A stretch of 64,000 nucleotides of DNA. It comes from Elusimicrobiota bacterium (GTDB lineage Bacteria; Elusimicrobiota; Elusimicrobia; UBA1565). Both the position numbers and the translations under genes were made by a program. This document shows positions 54,518 through 64,000 of this stretch, in pieces; positions within the stretch are counted from its first letter, which is position 1; every line of letters begins with the position of its first letter. Below the pieces are notes generated by a model. It ran no database searches. It was not told where the DNA came from and saw nothing but the letters and a program-made list of their open reading frames with translations. Where the stretch lies: positions 9,987-73,986 of the forward strand of contig JBAZUV010000004.1 in the NCBI GenBank assembly GCA_041661185.1, in the 5' to 3' direction.

Positions 54518-56425
54518 CTATTGGACAGTGAGCACCGTCAGCGGATCCAGGGGCATCTGCCCCTGCCGCACTTCGAAATAGACCCCGCCCTCCTCTCCCG
54601 AGGAGGAGGCGATATCCGCGCCCGCGGCCACGCGCTCGCCCACGCGCGCGCTCGACTGCTCCAAATGGCCGTATATCCCGTAAAAACCCGCGTCATGGTC
54701 CACGATCAAAACGTTCCCATAAGAGCGGAAGGTTCCCGCGAAGATCACCTTGCCGGCCGCGACCGCGCGCACGCGCGTCCCGGGAGCGGTCTCGATGCTG
54801 ATTCCGTTGTGGAACGTCCAGGTCCCGAGCCCCGGCACCTGGGTCTTGCCGAAGCGCTGGGTCACCCGTCCTTCCACGGGCCACGGCAGGGAATGCAAAG
54901 GCACGGGCGCGCGCCGGACAGGCTCTTTCGCGCCGGCCGCGGCGCGCCGCTTGCGCTCGATAGCGTCGATGACGCTGGCCATCGCCCGCGCGGACTCTTC
55001 AAGCTCGGCCACCTCTTTCTGAAGGGCCGCGGCGCGCGCGCCGGTCTCGCGCAGGACCTGCCGGCGTCCCTGATAAGCTTCTTCCTTCTCATTGATCCGA
55101 CCCTTGGCCTGATCGGCCTTCGAGCGCATGATGAGTTCGTCGACGCGGGCGTTCTCATGCTGATGGCTGGCGCGGCCCTCGGCTTCCCGCAGGCCGCCGA
55201 GCAGCCCCGCGCGGCGCAGATAGACCCGCCGCCGCAAGGCTTGCCGCCAGAGGTCCGCGCGGCCGTAGCGAGGCTCCGAGGAAGCCAGAGCCAAGGCATA
55301 GGCCCGCAAGTCCTGGCCCAGCAAACGGCGGTCGCGCTCGCGCGCATTGCGCAGCAGGCCCGCTTCCCGGCGCATCCTTTCAGCGCGTTCGGAAGCGGCC
55401 CTGCGCTGTTCCGAAAAGCGCAGGTAGCTGCGCTGAGCCTTCTGCTTCTCGTCGAGGATCTCAGAGATCTCCTTCTTCGTGCGCTGCTGGCGTTCCTGGA
55501 GTTCGCGGGCCTCCTGCTTCTTGTGCTCGATCTGCTCCTGCAGGCGCTCCAGATCCTTGCGCCGGCTATTGGCGCCCGCCGCGCTCGCCGGGACCGCGGA
55601 AGAGAGCAGTATCGCGCACATCACCGAGAGAGCCGCCGCCTTTCCCGCTTCCCGGTGATGATGTTCCTCCCGCGAGGACCCGGGCAGGAGCAGCCCGGTC
55701 AAGCCGGAAAGCAGTATCCAGAGGATCTGCGGCCACACGCCCACCTCCAAAGAAGCCGTCCCGCTGCGATGCGCGGGCCAGAGCGCCAAGGCCATGAGCA
55801 AGAGCCCCAGAACGCAGCCCGCGGACGCTGCCGCGGGATTGCGCCAAGACCCGCGCAAGCGCAGATCCCCAAAGACAAAAGGAGAAAGCCGCAGCGCCAG
55901 GAACAGGAACCATATCCCCGCGCAGAAAGAGAGCGCCAGCGTCGTCAGGCGTTCGCACAGACGAAGACGCATAAGAGCTTCGAGCTGCAGCGGCTTATAA
56001 AGGATGTCCCCGGTCTCCGGGATCGCGGAGACCGCATGCAGGATGTCCGCGAAGGAATTCATGCCGGACTCGGAGAGCTCCAGCTCCGCGGCATCCGGCA
56101 AAGGGTTCTCCCCCAGGAATGCGGCCGCACGAAGAAGGTCAGGGTCCTCCTGGGCATAGGCCTTGAGTCCCTCGGAGGGAGGGATGGAGCGCAAGGACAG
56201 GACGCCCGGCAGGATGCGCAGCTTCTCCGAGACAACGCTTCGCCGGGCGGAGTCGACTCCGTCGCGCAGATAGACCAGCACGCGGAAATCCTCGCGCAGC
56301 TGCGCGGCGGCGTCCGCGGCTTGGCCGCGCGTCCAAAGCAAGGTCCGGCCGAGCACGCCCAAGGTCAGTCCCAGAAGGAAAAACGAGACCGCCGGCCGCA
56401 AAGCCGCATATTCCCTTAACCGCAT
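54518..56425 (-). CDS. Single-polypeptide FtsX-like module (TM1-periplasmic domain-3 TM) joined to EnvC-like coiled-coil + M23/LytM peptidase domain
   Basis: The N-terminus is FtsX-like (AVSFFLLGLTLGVLG, ECD FRVLVYLRDGVDSARRSVVSEKLRILPGV...LGENPLP, then 3 TM). It continues in frame into a signal-like AALSVMCAILLSSAVPASAAG, ~230 aa of coiled-coil, and M23 motifs (HNGISIETAPGTRVRAVAAGKVIFAG, YGNVLIVDHDAGFYGIYGHL). Confidence 0.7.
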   Translation of the reverse strand: MRLREYAALRPAVSFFLLGLTLGVLGRTLLWTRGQAADAAAQLREDFRVLVYLRDGVDSARRSVVSEKLRILPGVLSLRSIPPSEGLKAYAQEDPDLLRAAAFLGENPLPDAAELELSESGMNSFADILHAVSAIPETGDILYKPLQLEALMRLRLCERLTTLALSFCAGIWFLFLALRLSPFVFGDLRLRGSWRNPAAASAGCVLGLLLMALALWPAHRSGTASLEVGVWPQILWILLSGLTGLLLPGSSREEHHHREAGKAAALSVMCAILLSSAVPASAAGANSRRKDLERLQEQIEHKKQEARELQERQQRTKKEISEILDEKQKAQRSYLRFSEQRRAASERAERMRREAGLLRNARERDRRLLGQDLRAYALALASSEPRYGRADLWRQALRRRVYLRRAGLLGGLREAEGRASHQHENARVDELIMRSKADQAKGRINEKEEAYQGRRQVLRETGARAAALQKEVAELEESARAMASVIDAIERKRRAAAGAKEPVRRAPVPLHSLPWPVEGRVTQRFGKTQVPGLGTWTFHNGISIETAPGTRVRAVAAGKVIFAGTFRSYGNVLIVDHDAGFYGIYGHLEQSSARVGERVAAGADIASSSGEEGGVYFEVRQGQMPLDPLTVLTVQ

Positions 56426-56475
56426 ACCGGCATTATAAGATATCGCGAGGAGCGCGCGATATCAGAAGATGGAGC

Positions 56476-57492
56476 TCAGTCTTTTTTGGAGCGCAGGAGC
56501 GCGGAGACAGCCACGATCAGCGTGAGCAGAAAGGTCCCAAGAAGAAGCGTCGGCCTCTGGGAAACAGCATACTTCAGGAAGCGCTTGGACATCGGCCCGG
56601 AGGATTCTTCTTCAGGGACAGGCACGCTGTCCGGAGAGGGCACGATCTTGACCACCGCGGGATCGCGCAAGACCCGTTCAAGATAAGGCACGGGCACTCG
56701 CGCGGAAAGGATAAGCGCCATCTGGCTGGTCCCGGGGATCATCTGATAGCCCACGATGCGCCGCAGTCGGAAGGCGGCGCGCTCGGACAGCCGCGAAAGG
56801 ACCTGGGCCAGGACCGCGCTGGGAGACTCTCCCGCGGGCACGCGCACTCCCACGAGGATGTCCGTAGTGGACATGTCGGGCAGGCTGCGCATGACCGGGG
56901 AGCGCTCCACGTTGACCCGTTGGACCTCGGCGCCGAAGATGTCGCCTAAGCGCGAAGGGAATATCCAGCCCCGCACGGTCACGCGGCGGCGCGTATCATC
57001 GGCGAACGCCGGCGCATAGCGTTGGTCGAGCCTGAGCCCCGAGCGGGCGCTGACCTCGGCCACTGCGTCGCGGTACTCTCCCGGATGCGCGGAGATGTCG
57101 ATATCCACGGACACGAAAAGCCCGTCCTCGGAGACGGGCTCCCGATCCAAAGAGGCGATCGCCGCCGGGATCCCCCGATCCGCGCGCCGCAAAGCATCGG
57201 CGGAGGGGACTCGTCCGCCCTGCAGGAGCGTGGGCGCGGCCGGCCCGCTCCAGAGAGCGTAGCGCATGGCTCCGCTCGGGGCATCGCGCAGATCGTCTTC
57301 CGCGGAAACCGGGCCCGTGGAGCGGACCACGTCCGTCTTGCGCATCTGAGCCTCGGAGATCGTCAGGCCCGGAACGTCCTTGGAGAAGAATGTCTTCACA
57401 TCCGCGGCATCGACACGAGAGGAAGGCCGCATGAACGCCCACGCCGCGATATAGACGAGCAAAACAACCAGCGCGCGCCGCCAAGCCCTCAT
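56476..57492 (-). CDS. Hypothetical exported protein with C-terminal TM anchor
   Basis: Start is reassigned to the ATG at 57492 (MRAWRRALVVLLVYIAAWAFMRPSS); the ORF extension to 57549 covers the palindrome-fragment region. C-terminal TM is TLLLGTFLLTLIVAVSALL. Confidence 0.5.
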   Translation of the reverse strand: MRAWRRALVVLLVYIAAWAFMRPSSRVDAADVKTFFSKDVPGLTISEAQMRKTDVVRSTGPVSAEDDLRDAPSGAMRYALWSGPAAPTLLQGGRVPSADALRRADRGIPAAIASLDREPVSEDGLFVSVDIDISAHPGEYRDAVAEVSARSGLRLDQRYAPAFADDTRRRVTVRGWIFPSRLGDIFGAEVQRVNVERSPVMRSLPDMSTTDILVGVRVPAGESPSAVLAQVLSRLSERAAFRLRRIVGYQMIPGTSQMALILSARVPVPYLERVLRDPAVVKIVPSPDSVPVPEEESSGPMSKRFLKYAVSQRPTLLLGTFLLTLIVAVSALLRSKKD

Positions 57493-57556
57493 GAAGCCAT
57501 TGTATTCGAGCCCAGCTATGAAGTCAACGACATTGACGCCAGGCGTCAACTGCGAG

Positions 57557-57665
57557 TCGTCATCCCGGCGAAAGCCGGGACCCAGGGACTGCCGTTCTGC
57601 CGTGATCCTGGATTCCGGCTTCCGCCGGAATGACGGCTGTAGGCTTCAGCCGGAATGACGTAACG
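57557..57665. repeat. GC-rich GNRA-hairpin cluster 7, flanked by fragments of the GGTGCCAGG palindromic family (57533-57551, 57680-57697)
   Basis: gtcatcccggcgaaagccgggacccagg, ctggattccggcttccgccggaatgac, cttcagccggaatgac. Nearby lie ttgacgccaggcgtcaa and gtgacgcctggcacc. Confidence 0.6.
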
Positions 57666-57709
57666 GCGGCTAACGCGCTGTGACGCCTGGCACCGCCGTT
57701 CGTTGGCTG

Positions 57710-58297
57710 CTAACGCTTTGGAGAATCCTTCAGCGCCGGCGGACACCACACGGCGATCTCTTCCTTGATGAGGCCGGCGTCCGCGGAACCCTGGTTCTCG
57801 TGCAGGATGCGCACCTTGGTCACATCCAAGCCCGAAGGCAGGTTCGGGTCAGGGACGATATCGATGGAGAACTCCCGCATCGACGACTCTCCCGGCCGGA
57901 GATCCTCCACGATCCACTCCTTCATCGGCCCGATCTCCATGCCCAAAGCGCCGTTGGTCTCGAGCACGCGGTTGAGCGCCTGCACGCGCACGCGGAAAGG
58001 CTTCTCTCCCTTGACCGCGGTATTGGACAAGCGCACCTGAAAGCGCATGGCCTGCCCCACGAAATAAAGCGGGAAAGATCCCCAGTACGGCTGCGGGTAT
58101 ATCTTGGGTTCCGTATAGGACCACCCTCCTGACTGATAGGTGATGCCTTGAGCGTCCGTCCTCGTCGTGCCGGCAGGACTCAAGAAGCTCACTTCCGCGG
58201 AGATCTTCGCGGCCTCCCCCGCATGCTTCCCTTGCGTCTGCACCACCACCGGGACTCCGACGAGCAGAAGGCTGAAGACCAGCAAGGAATTCCGCAT
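57710..58297 (-). CDS. Hypothetical secreted protein
   Basis: Signal peptide starts at the ATG at 58297 (MRNSLLVFSLLLVGVPVVVQTQG) and is followed by a beta-rich ~170-aa domain with no known motifs. Confidence 0.5.
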   Translation of the reverse strand: MRNSLLVFSLLLVGVPVVVQTQGKHAGEAAKISAEVSFLSPAGTTRTDAQGITYQSGGWSYTEPKIYPQPYWGSFPLYFVGQAMRFQVRLSNTAVKGEKPFRVRVQALNRVLETNGALGMEIGPMKEWIVEDLRPGESSMREFSIDIVPDPNLPSGLDVTKVRILHENQGSADAGLIKEEIAVWCPPALKDSPKR

Positions 58298-58383
58298 ACC
58301 CACCTCCGAATAGATTGATGCGACGCCGGACACCGAATGGTATAAGCGGGAATCGCCCGCCCGTCAATACCTTGGTGCCAGGA

Positions 58384-59664
<1,281 letters not shown>

Positions 59665-59680
59665 AAGAAACCCCCTATTC

Positions 59681-59760
59681 GGTGCCAGGCGTCAACTTGA
59701 TTGAAATTCAACTTGCTCGGCCGAGCAAGTTGAATTTCAATCAAGTTGACGCCTGGCACC
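59681..59760. repeat. 80-bp perfect palindromic element (copy 2), identical to 14433-14512
   Basis: It exactly fills the gap between the purA start and the neighbouring gene's stop. Confidence 0.8.
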
Positions 59761-59764
59761 GGGA

Positions 59765-60721
59765 TCACGGCAAAAGCCTCCGCCACCAAGGACTGCGGCC
59801 TCCTTTGGGCCGGATCTTGAAGCGCTCATCCTGGGCGCACACCGCATCCCCGCAAAGGCCCGCGGAGAACCGCACCCGCAGATGCACGCCGTCGGAACCG
59901 TTCTCCACGGATTCCACGGGGACGGGAAGCGGCGTCGATCCCTCGCCCGCATGCGTGCCGAAAAGCTTGGCCAGATACTGGGCTATGTCGCGGCTGTCCG
60001 TGATCGAAGTGAACACCACGTCCCCGGCGCGGATCTTCCCGGCCGGCGTACCGCCCCCATCAGGCTCCAAGGCCACGCGCAGGATCAAGGGGCCTGAACT
60101 GGCCCGCTCCGGTCCCGGTGCGCCGGCAGGCCCTTCGCCGGAACGGTGGCCGTTGGGACGGACCTCCTGGAACTGCCCCATATCCAGGAGCTCGGGCCGG
60201 AACTGAAGCTCGGCCTCGGCCAAACGAGCCGGGAATCCGGAGCGCAGGCGCTCCACGGCCGCGGACCCGGTCTTCGGCTTCTCCGAATAGAACTCCACGG
60301 CCTCGCTCGATGAGAAGAACTCGCTGAGCCGATGTTCGACTTCCTGGCTGAAGTCCGGAAGCGCGCCTGCCCACAGGCGGCAGGCATAGAGACGCCCCTC
60401 GAAATCGAACCAGTGCGCGTTCAAGTCCGCGGTGAACACGGCCGGGTTGCAGGAGACCACTGCCCGGGCGCGCAGAAGAGAGCGGTCCTTGAGATTGAGG
60501 ATGACCAGCCAGAGCCCGTAGAGCGTCTGCGCGTCCGCGCGGATGCGCCCCTTGAGCACAAGGATGTTCTGGAACAGCCTCGGCACGGCCTGCACCGCGG
60601 ACTGGAGGTCGTAGGCGCAAAGTTCGAGCGCGAGCTCCGCCTCGGCCCGGTCGCAGCCCGTCTCCTCCATAAGAAGGGCGATCTTATCCTGCACCGCGTC
60701 CTCGCGGGTGAGCCTTCTCAT
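59765..60721 (-). CDS. Hypothetical protein with UBA-like N-terminal helix bundle
   Basis: 318 aa; the N-terminal KIALLMEETGCDRAEAELALELCAYDLQSAV resembles UBA/EF-Ts-N-like domains, and the rest is unrecognised. The start overlaps the xer stop by 38 nt. Confidence 0.5.
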   Translation of the reverse strand: MRRLTREDAVQDKIALLMEETGCDRAEAELALELCAYDLQSAVQAVPRLFQNILVLKGRIRADAQTLYGLWLVILNLKDRSLLRARAVVSCNPAVFTADLNAHWFDFEGRLYACRLWAGALPDFSQEVEHRLSEFFSSSEAVEFYSEKPKTGSAAVERLRSGFPARLAEAELQFRPELLDMGQFQEVRPNGHRSGEGPAGAPGPERASSGPLILRVALEPDGGGTPAGKIRAGDVVFTSITDSRDIAQYLAKLFGTHAGEGSTPLPVPVESVENGSDGVHLRVRFSAGLCGDAVCAQDERFKIRPKGGRSPWWRRLLP

Positions 60722-61586
60722 AGACGCGGCGGATCATCTCCAAGGAGGCGTGCGTATAGATCTGCGTCGTGGACAGCGATCGGTGGCCCAAAAGCTCCTG
60801 CAGCGTGCGGACGTCGCAGCCTCGGCCCAGCATCTGCGTGGCGAAGCTGTGGCGCAGGGCGTGCGGCGTCAGGGACTTGAGCAGGCCGGCCTTGCGCGCG
60901 CAGCGCCGGACGATGAGGGCCACTCCGCCGACGCCGAGGCGTGCGCCGCGGGCATTGATCCAAAGAGGCTTCGATCCGCCGGTCGTTCCCGCGGGCCGCG
61001 CGTCAAGATAATCCTTGATCGCCTTGAGCGCGGCCTTCCCCACCGGGACCATGCGCTCGCGAGAGCCCTTGCCGAAGACGCGCACGGTGCCGCCCACGAG
61101 GTCCACGTCGCCCACGCTCAGGCGCGCGAGCTCTCCGCGGCGCAGGCCGCTGGAGAAGAGAAGTTCGATGACGGCCCGATCGCGAAGCTCGGTGAGCCGG
61201 TCTCCGAGGGCGCCCTTCTCCATGAGAGCGTCGGTTTCGGTCTCGCTCAAAAAACGCGGCAGACGGCTCTCCTTGCGCGGCATGGGAAGGTTCTGGAAAG
61301 GGTCCCGCCCGAGGACATCCTCATCCATCAGGAAGCGGATGAGCGAGCGCAGGGCCGCGATCTTGTGCAGGACGCTGCTTCGCCGCAGAGGCCGCGCCGC
61401 GACCTCCGCCAGCCACGAACGGGCAAAAGCCCGGTCGAACTTGGAGACGTCCTCATCGGATCCTCCCTTCGCGTCCCAAAAGCGCTCGAATTCCGCCAAG
61501 TCCGCGCGATAAGCGCGCAGGGTGTGCTCGGAGAGATTGCGCTGCGCGCGCAAGTACGCCAGGAAACGCTGGATCCAAAGCCTCAT
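60684..61586 (-). CDS. Tyrosine recombinase XerC/XerD family
   Basis: The N-terminal SAM-like core-binding domain (LRAQRNLSEHTLRAYRADL) and catalytic R..HxxR..Y (HALRHSFATQML, LGHRSLSTTQIYTH) are present. Confidence 0.85.
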   Translation of the reverse strand: MRLWIQRFLAYLRAQRNLSEHTLRAYRADLAEFERFWDAKGGSDEDVSKFDRAFARSWLAEVAARPLRRSSVLHKIAALRSLIRFLMDEDVLGRDPFQNLPMPRKESRLPRFLSETETDALMEKGALGDRLTELRDRAVIELLFSSGLRRGELARLSVGDVDLVGGTVRVFGKGSRERMVPVGKAALKAIKDYLDARPAGTTGGSKPLWINARGARLGVGGVALIVRRCARKAGLLKSLTPHALRHSFATQMLGRGCDVRTLQELLGHRSLSTTQIYTHASLEMIRRVYEKAHPRGRGAG

Positions 61587-61595
61587 CAGAGGTCG

Positions 61596-64000
61596 TTACG
61601 ACCCCTTCGGATCGATCGGAGCCGGCGCGGCCGGAGTCTCCGTCTGCATCTTCTCAGCGTCCTCCTTGGAGAGCGGCTTGATGTTTCGGCACTTGGGAAA
61701 GGCCGAACAAGCCAGGAAATGCCCCCGCTTGCCCAAGCGCATCCACATGGGGCTGGAGCACTTGTTGCACTTGCGCGAGGTCAGCACCGGCCTGGAGCCC
61801 TCGATCTTGCGTCCTTCCTCGTCGAGCGAATAGGTGTTGCGGCAGGCCGGATAGCCCGAGCAGGCCAGAAAGCGCCCCTTTCGGCCGGTCCGGATGACCA
61901 TGCCCTTGCCGCAAAGCTCGCACTTCTCGCCGGTCTCTTGAGGCACCACGCGCTTGCCTTCCGCGTCGAGCTGGCCCTTGCCCTTGCACTTCGGGAAGTG
62001 AGAGCAGGAGAGATACTTGCCGAAGCGGCTCTCGCGGATGAGCATCTTCTCTCCGCAGAGCGGACACTTCTCGTCGGTCTCCTGCGGCTGCGTGCGGGAG
62101 TCCTCCATGTGGTCCTGCGCCTGGGCCAAGGCCTTCATGAGCGGCGCGTGGAAATTCCCCACGATGACCTGCCAAGGCTGCTTGCCCTCGGCCACGTCGT
62201 CGAGCTGTTCCTCGACCTGGGCGGTGTAGCTCAGGCTCACCTGGTCCGGGAAATGGCTGTTGAGCTTCTCCACCACGATCTTTCCAAGGTCCGTGGGCGT
62301 GAGCCGCCGGTCCTTGATGCCGCGCTTGGCGTAGTCGCGCTTGAGGATGGTCATGATGGTCGGCGCGTAGGTGGAAGGACGGCCGATGCCGTGCTTCTCC
62401 AAGGCGCGGATCAAGCTCGCCTCGTTGTAATAAGGAGGCGGGTTGGTCTTGTGCTCCTCGCTGAGCAGCGCCTCCGCGCCGTCGAGCTTGAGCACGTCGC
62501 CGGCTTCCAGCTCGGGCAGGCGGCTGGTCTCCTCCTGCTCGGATGCGTCCTCTTCCTCAAGGGACTCTTCCTCGCCGCGGGCGGCGTCGCTGCGCCAAGC
62601 GCGCAGGAAGCCCTCGAAGCGCAAGACCCTTCCGTTGGCGCGGAAAAGCGCCTCGCCGCTGCGGATATCCGCGGAAACGGTGTCATAGACCGCGTCGGCC
62701 ATCTGGCTGGCGATGAAGCGCCGGAAGATGAGGTCGTAGAGCTTGAACTGCTCGGGACTCAGATGCTGGCGCAGGCTCTCGGGCGGACGCATGCCGGTGG
62801 GACGGATGGCCTCGTGCGCTTCCTGCGCGCCGCGGACCTTGCTCACGTACACTGGAGAGGTCTCAGGCATGAACTCGGCGCCGAAGCGGGAGGCGAGGAA
62901 CTTGCGGGCCTCTTCCTGAGCCACGGTCGCCACGGTCACGGAGTCCGTACGCATGTAGGTGATCAAGCCCACGGGCTCGTTCTCGCCGATATCGACGCCT
63001 TCGTAGAGCGTCTGCGCCACCATCATGGTGCGCTCGGCCGCGAAGCCCAGGCGCTGGGAACCGGCCTGCTGGAGCGTGCTGGTGATGAAGGGCGGCTGGG
63101 GCCGGCGCCGCATCTCCTTGCGCTTGACCTCCGTGACCTCGAAAGGACCCGCGGCCGCGGCCTGCACCACCGCGGACATCTCTTCCTGGGTGCGGAAAAG
63201 GCTCGCCTTGACCCGGTACTCCTCGGAGAAGAGCGGGTAGACTCGCACGGACTCGGTCTTCTCGCCCTTCCAGTGGGTCAGCCGCGCCTCGAAGACCGGA
63301 GGATGTCCGGGCTTGTCCAAGCGGACCTTGAGTGTCCAGTACGTCTCGGACTGGAAGGCCTGCATCTCCTTGTCGCGCTCCACGAGCAGGCGCACGGCCA
63401 CGGACTGCACGCGTCCGGCCGAGAGGCCGCGCCGGATCTTGCGCCAGAGAAGCGGGGAGATCTTATAGCCCACGAGGCGGTCGATGACGCGGCGCGCCTG
63501 CTGGGCCTGCACCAGGTTCATGTCCACGTCGCGCGGGTTCTTGAGCGCTTCCTGGATGGCCTGCGGCGTGATCTCATGGAAAGTGATGCGTCGGGCGCGG
63601 GTCTCGTCGAGCCCGAGGAGTTGGGCCAGATGCCAGGCGATGGACTCTCCTTCGCGATCATGGTCAGTGGCGAGGTAGACGTAGTCGGCGTCCTTGGCCT
63701 GCTTCTTGAGTTCCGGAAGCATCTTCTTGGCGCGCGCCAGCGGGACATAGGTGGGCTCGAAGCCGTTCTTCTCATCGACGCCCAGGCTCTTCTCCGGCAG
63801 GTCGCGCACGTGGCCGTAAGAGCTGGCCACGATATAGCCCTTCTTAAGGAAGCGGGAGATGGTCTTCTGCTTGGCCGGCGACTCGACGATGACGAGGCTC
63901 TGTCCGGAGCCGCCCTTGGCAGAAGCCGGGACAGGAGCGGACTTGGTCTTGGGAGTGCGGGACGCAGGCGTCTTCGGCGAAACAGCTTTCTTGGCAGCCA
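61596..64000 (-). CDS. topA: DNA topoisomerase I (N-terminus runs off the window edge)
   Basis: Toprim LVIVESPAKQKTI, GHVRDLP, DREGE, the catalytic-Tyr region YMRTDSV and four C-terminal C4 zinc ribbons. The frame stays open upstream of 63830 to position 64000 as a Lys/Pro-rich N-terminal extension. Confidence 0.9.
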   Translation of the reverse strand, partial: AAKKAVSPKTPASRTPKTKSAPVPASAKGGSGQSLVIVESPAKQKTISRFLKKGYIVASSYGHVRDLPEKSLGVDEKNGFEPTYVPLARAKKMLPELKKQAKDADYVYLATDHDREGESIAWHLAQLLGLDETRARRITFHEITPQAIQEALKNPRDVDMNLVQAQQARRVIDRLVGYKISPLLWRKIRRGLSAGRVQSVAVRLLVERDKEMQAFQSETYWTLKVRLDKPGHPPVFEARLTHWKGEKTESVRVYPLFSEEYRVKASLFRTQEEMSAVVQAAAAGPFEVTEVKRKEMRRRPQPPFITSTLQQAGSQRLGFAAERTMMVAQTLYEGVDIGENEPVGLITYMRTDSVTVATVAQEEARKFLASRFGAEFMPETSPVYVSKVRGAQEAHEAIRPTGMRPPESLRQHLSPEQFKLYDLIFRRFIASQMADAVYDTVSADIRSGEALFRANGRVLRFEGFLRAWRSDAARGEEESLEEEDASEQEETSRLPELEAGDVLKLDGAEALLSEEHKTNPPPYYNEASLIRALEKHGIGRPSTYAPTIMTILKRDYAKRGIKDRRLTPTDLGKIVVEKLNSHFPDQVSLSYTAQVEEQLDDVAEGKQPWQVIVGNFHAPLMKALAQAQDHMEDSRTQPQETDEKCPLCGEKMLIRESRFGKYLSCSHFPKCKGKGQLDAEGKRVVPQETGEKCELCGKGMVIRTGRKGRFLACSGYPACRNTYSLDEEGRKIEGSRPVLTSRKCNKCSSPMWMRLGKRGHFLACSAFPKCRNIKPLSKEDAEKMQTETPAAPAPIDPKGS

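Noticed and set aside
773-57665. Possible CRISPR arrays at the hairpin-repeat clusters
   Set aside because: The units alternate in orientation, the spacers between them are irregular (3-40 bp) and GC-rich like the repeats themselves, there are only 2-6 units per locus, and no cas genes are nearby. This fits REP/BIME-like elements, not CRISPR.
60684-61586. Integrase marking a prophage or integrative element
   Set aside because: The recombinase has XerC/XerD-type architecture and is flanked by housekeeping genes (topA, purA). I see no phage, conjugative or att-like features and no compositional shift.

Overview
High-GC (~65%) bacterial chromosomal window, probably from an uncultivated lineage. 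Almost every credible gene is on the minus strand; the single plus-strand gene is a Hanks-type Ser/Thr kinase. The many long opposite-strand ORFs in the six-frame track are high-GC artefacts that overlap well-supported genes. From high to low coordinate the window holds: topA (truncated at the window edge), a Xer-type recombinase, purA, hypothetical genes, a single-polypeptide FtsX-like/EnvC-like (M23) protein, an S41 C-terminal processing protease, tsaD, outer-membrane beta-barrel genes, a complete Tad/Flp pilus locus (about 34.6-44.6 kb), two PMT-like membrane glycosyltransferases, a dense block of two-component signalling genes, a 2093-aa multi-protease ORF, a PASTA-less Ser/Thr kinase, a pseudouridine synthase, an Amidase_3 cell-wall amidase, a 2405-aa multidomain ORF, and a second two-component block. 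The Tad locus has a fused CpaE-CpaF ATPase, a minimal secretin and two flp pilin genes, one of them under 60 aa and absent from the ORF track. It is preceded by a 1.1-kaa FlgD-Ig-repeat protein with a T9SS-type C-terminal domain and an adjacent beta-barrel gene. The 2093-aa ORF carries two subtilisin S8 domains, HEAT repeats and an HExxH motif. The 2405-aa ORF joins a ClpA/B-type double AAA+ module, a HAD phosphatase-like domain, a polytopic membrane region and an HtpX/M48 peptidase domain. The intergenic DNA is unusually rich in at least four repeat families: (i) a ~150-195 bp MITE-like element with terminal inverted repeats and an internal stem showing compensatory base changes across three copies, a candidate structured RNA; (ii) perfect 80/70-bp palindromes sharing GGTGCCAGG...CCTGGCACC termini; (iii) clusters of ~28-bp GC-rich GNRA-loop hairpins in alternating orientation (REP/BIME-like) at seven loci; (iv) a 46-bp hairpin sitting on the stop codons of two genes. 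No tRNA, rRNA or CRISPR was recognised.
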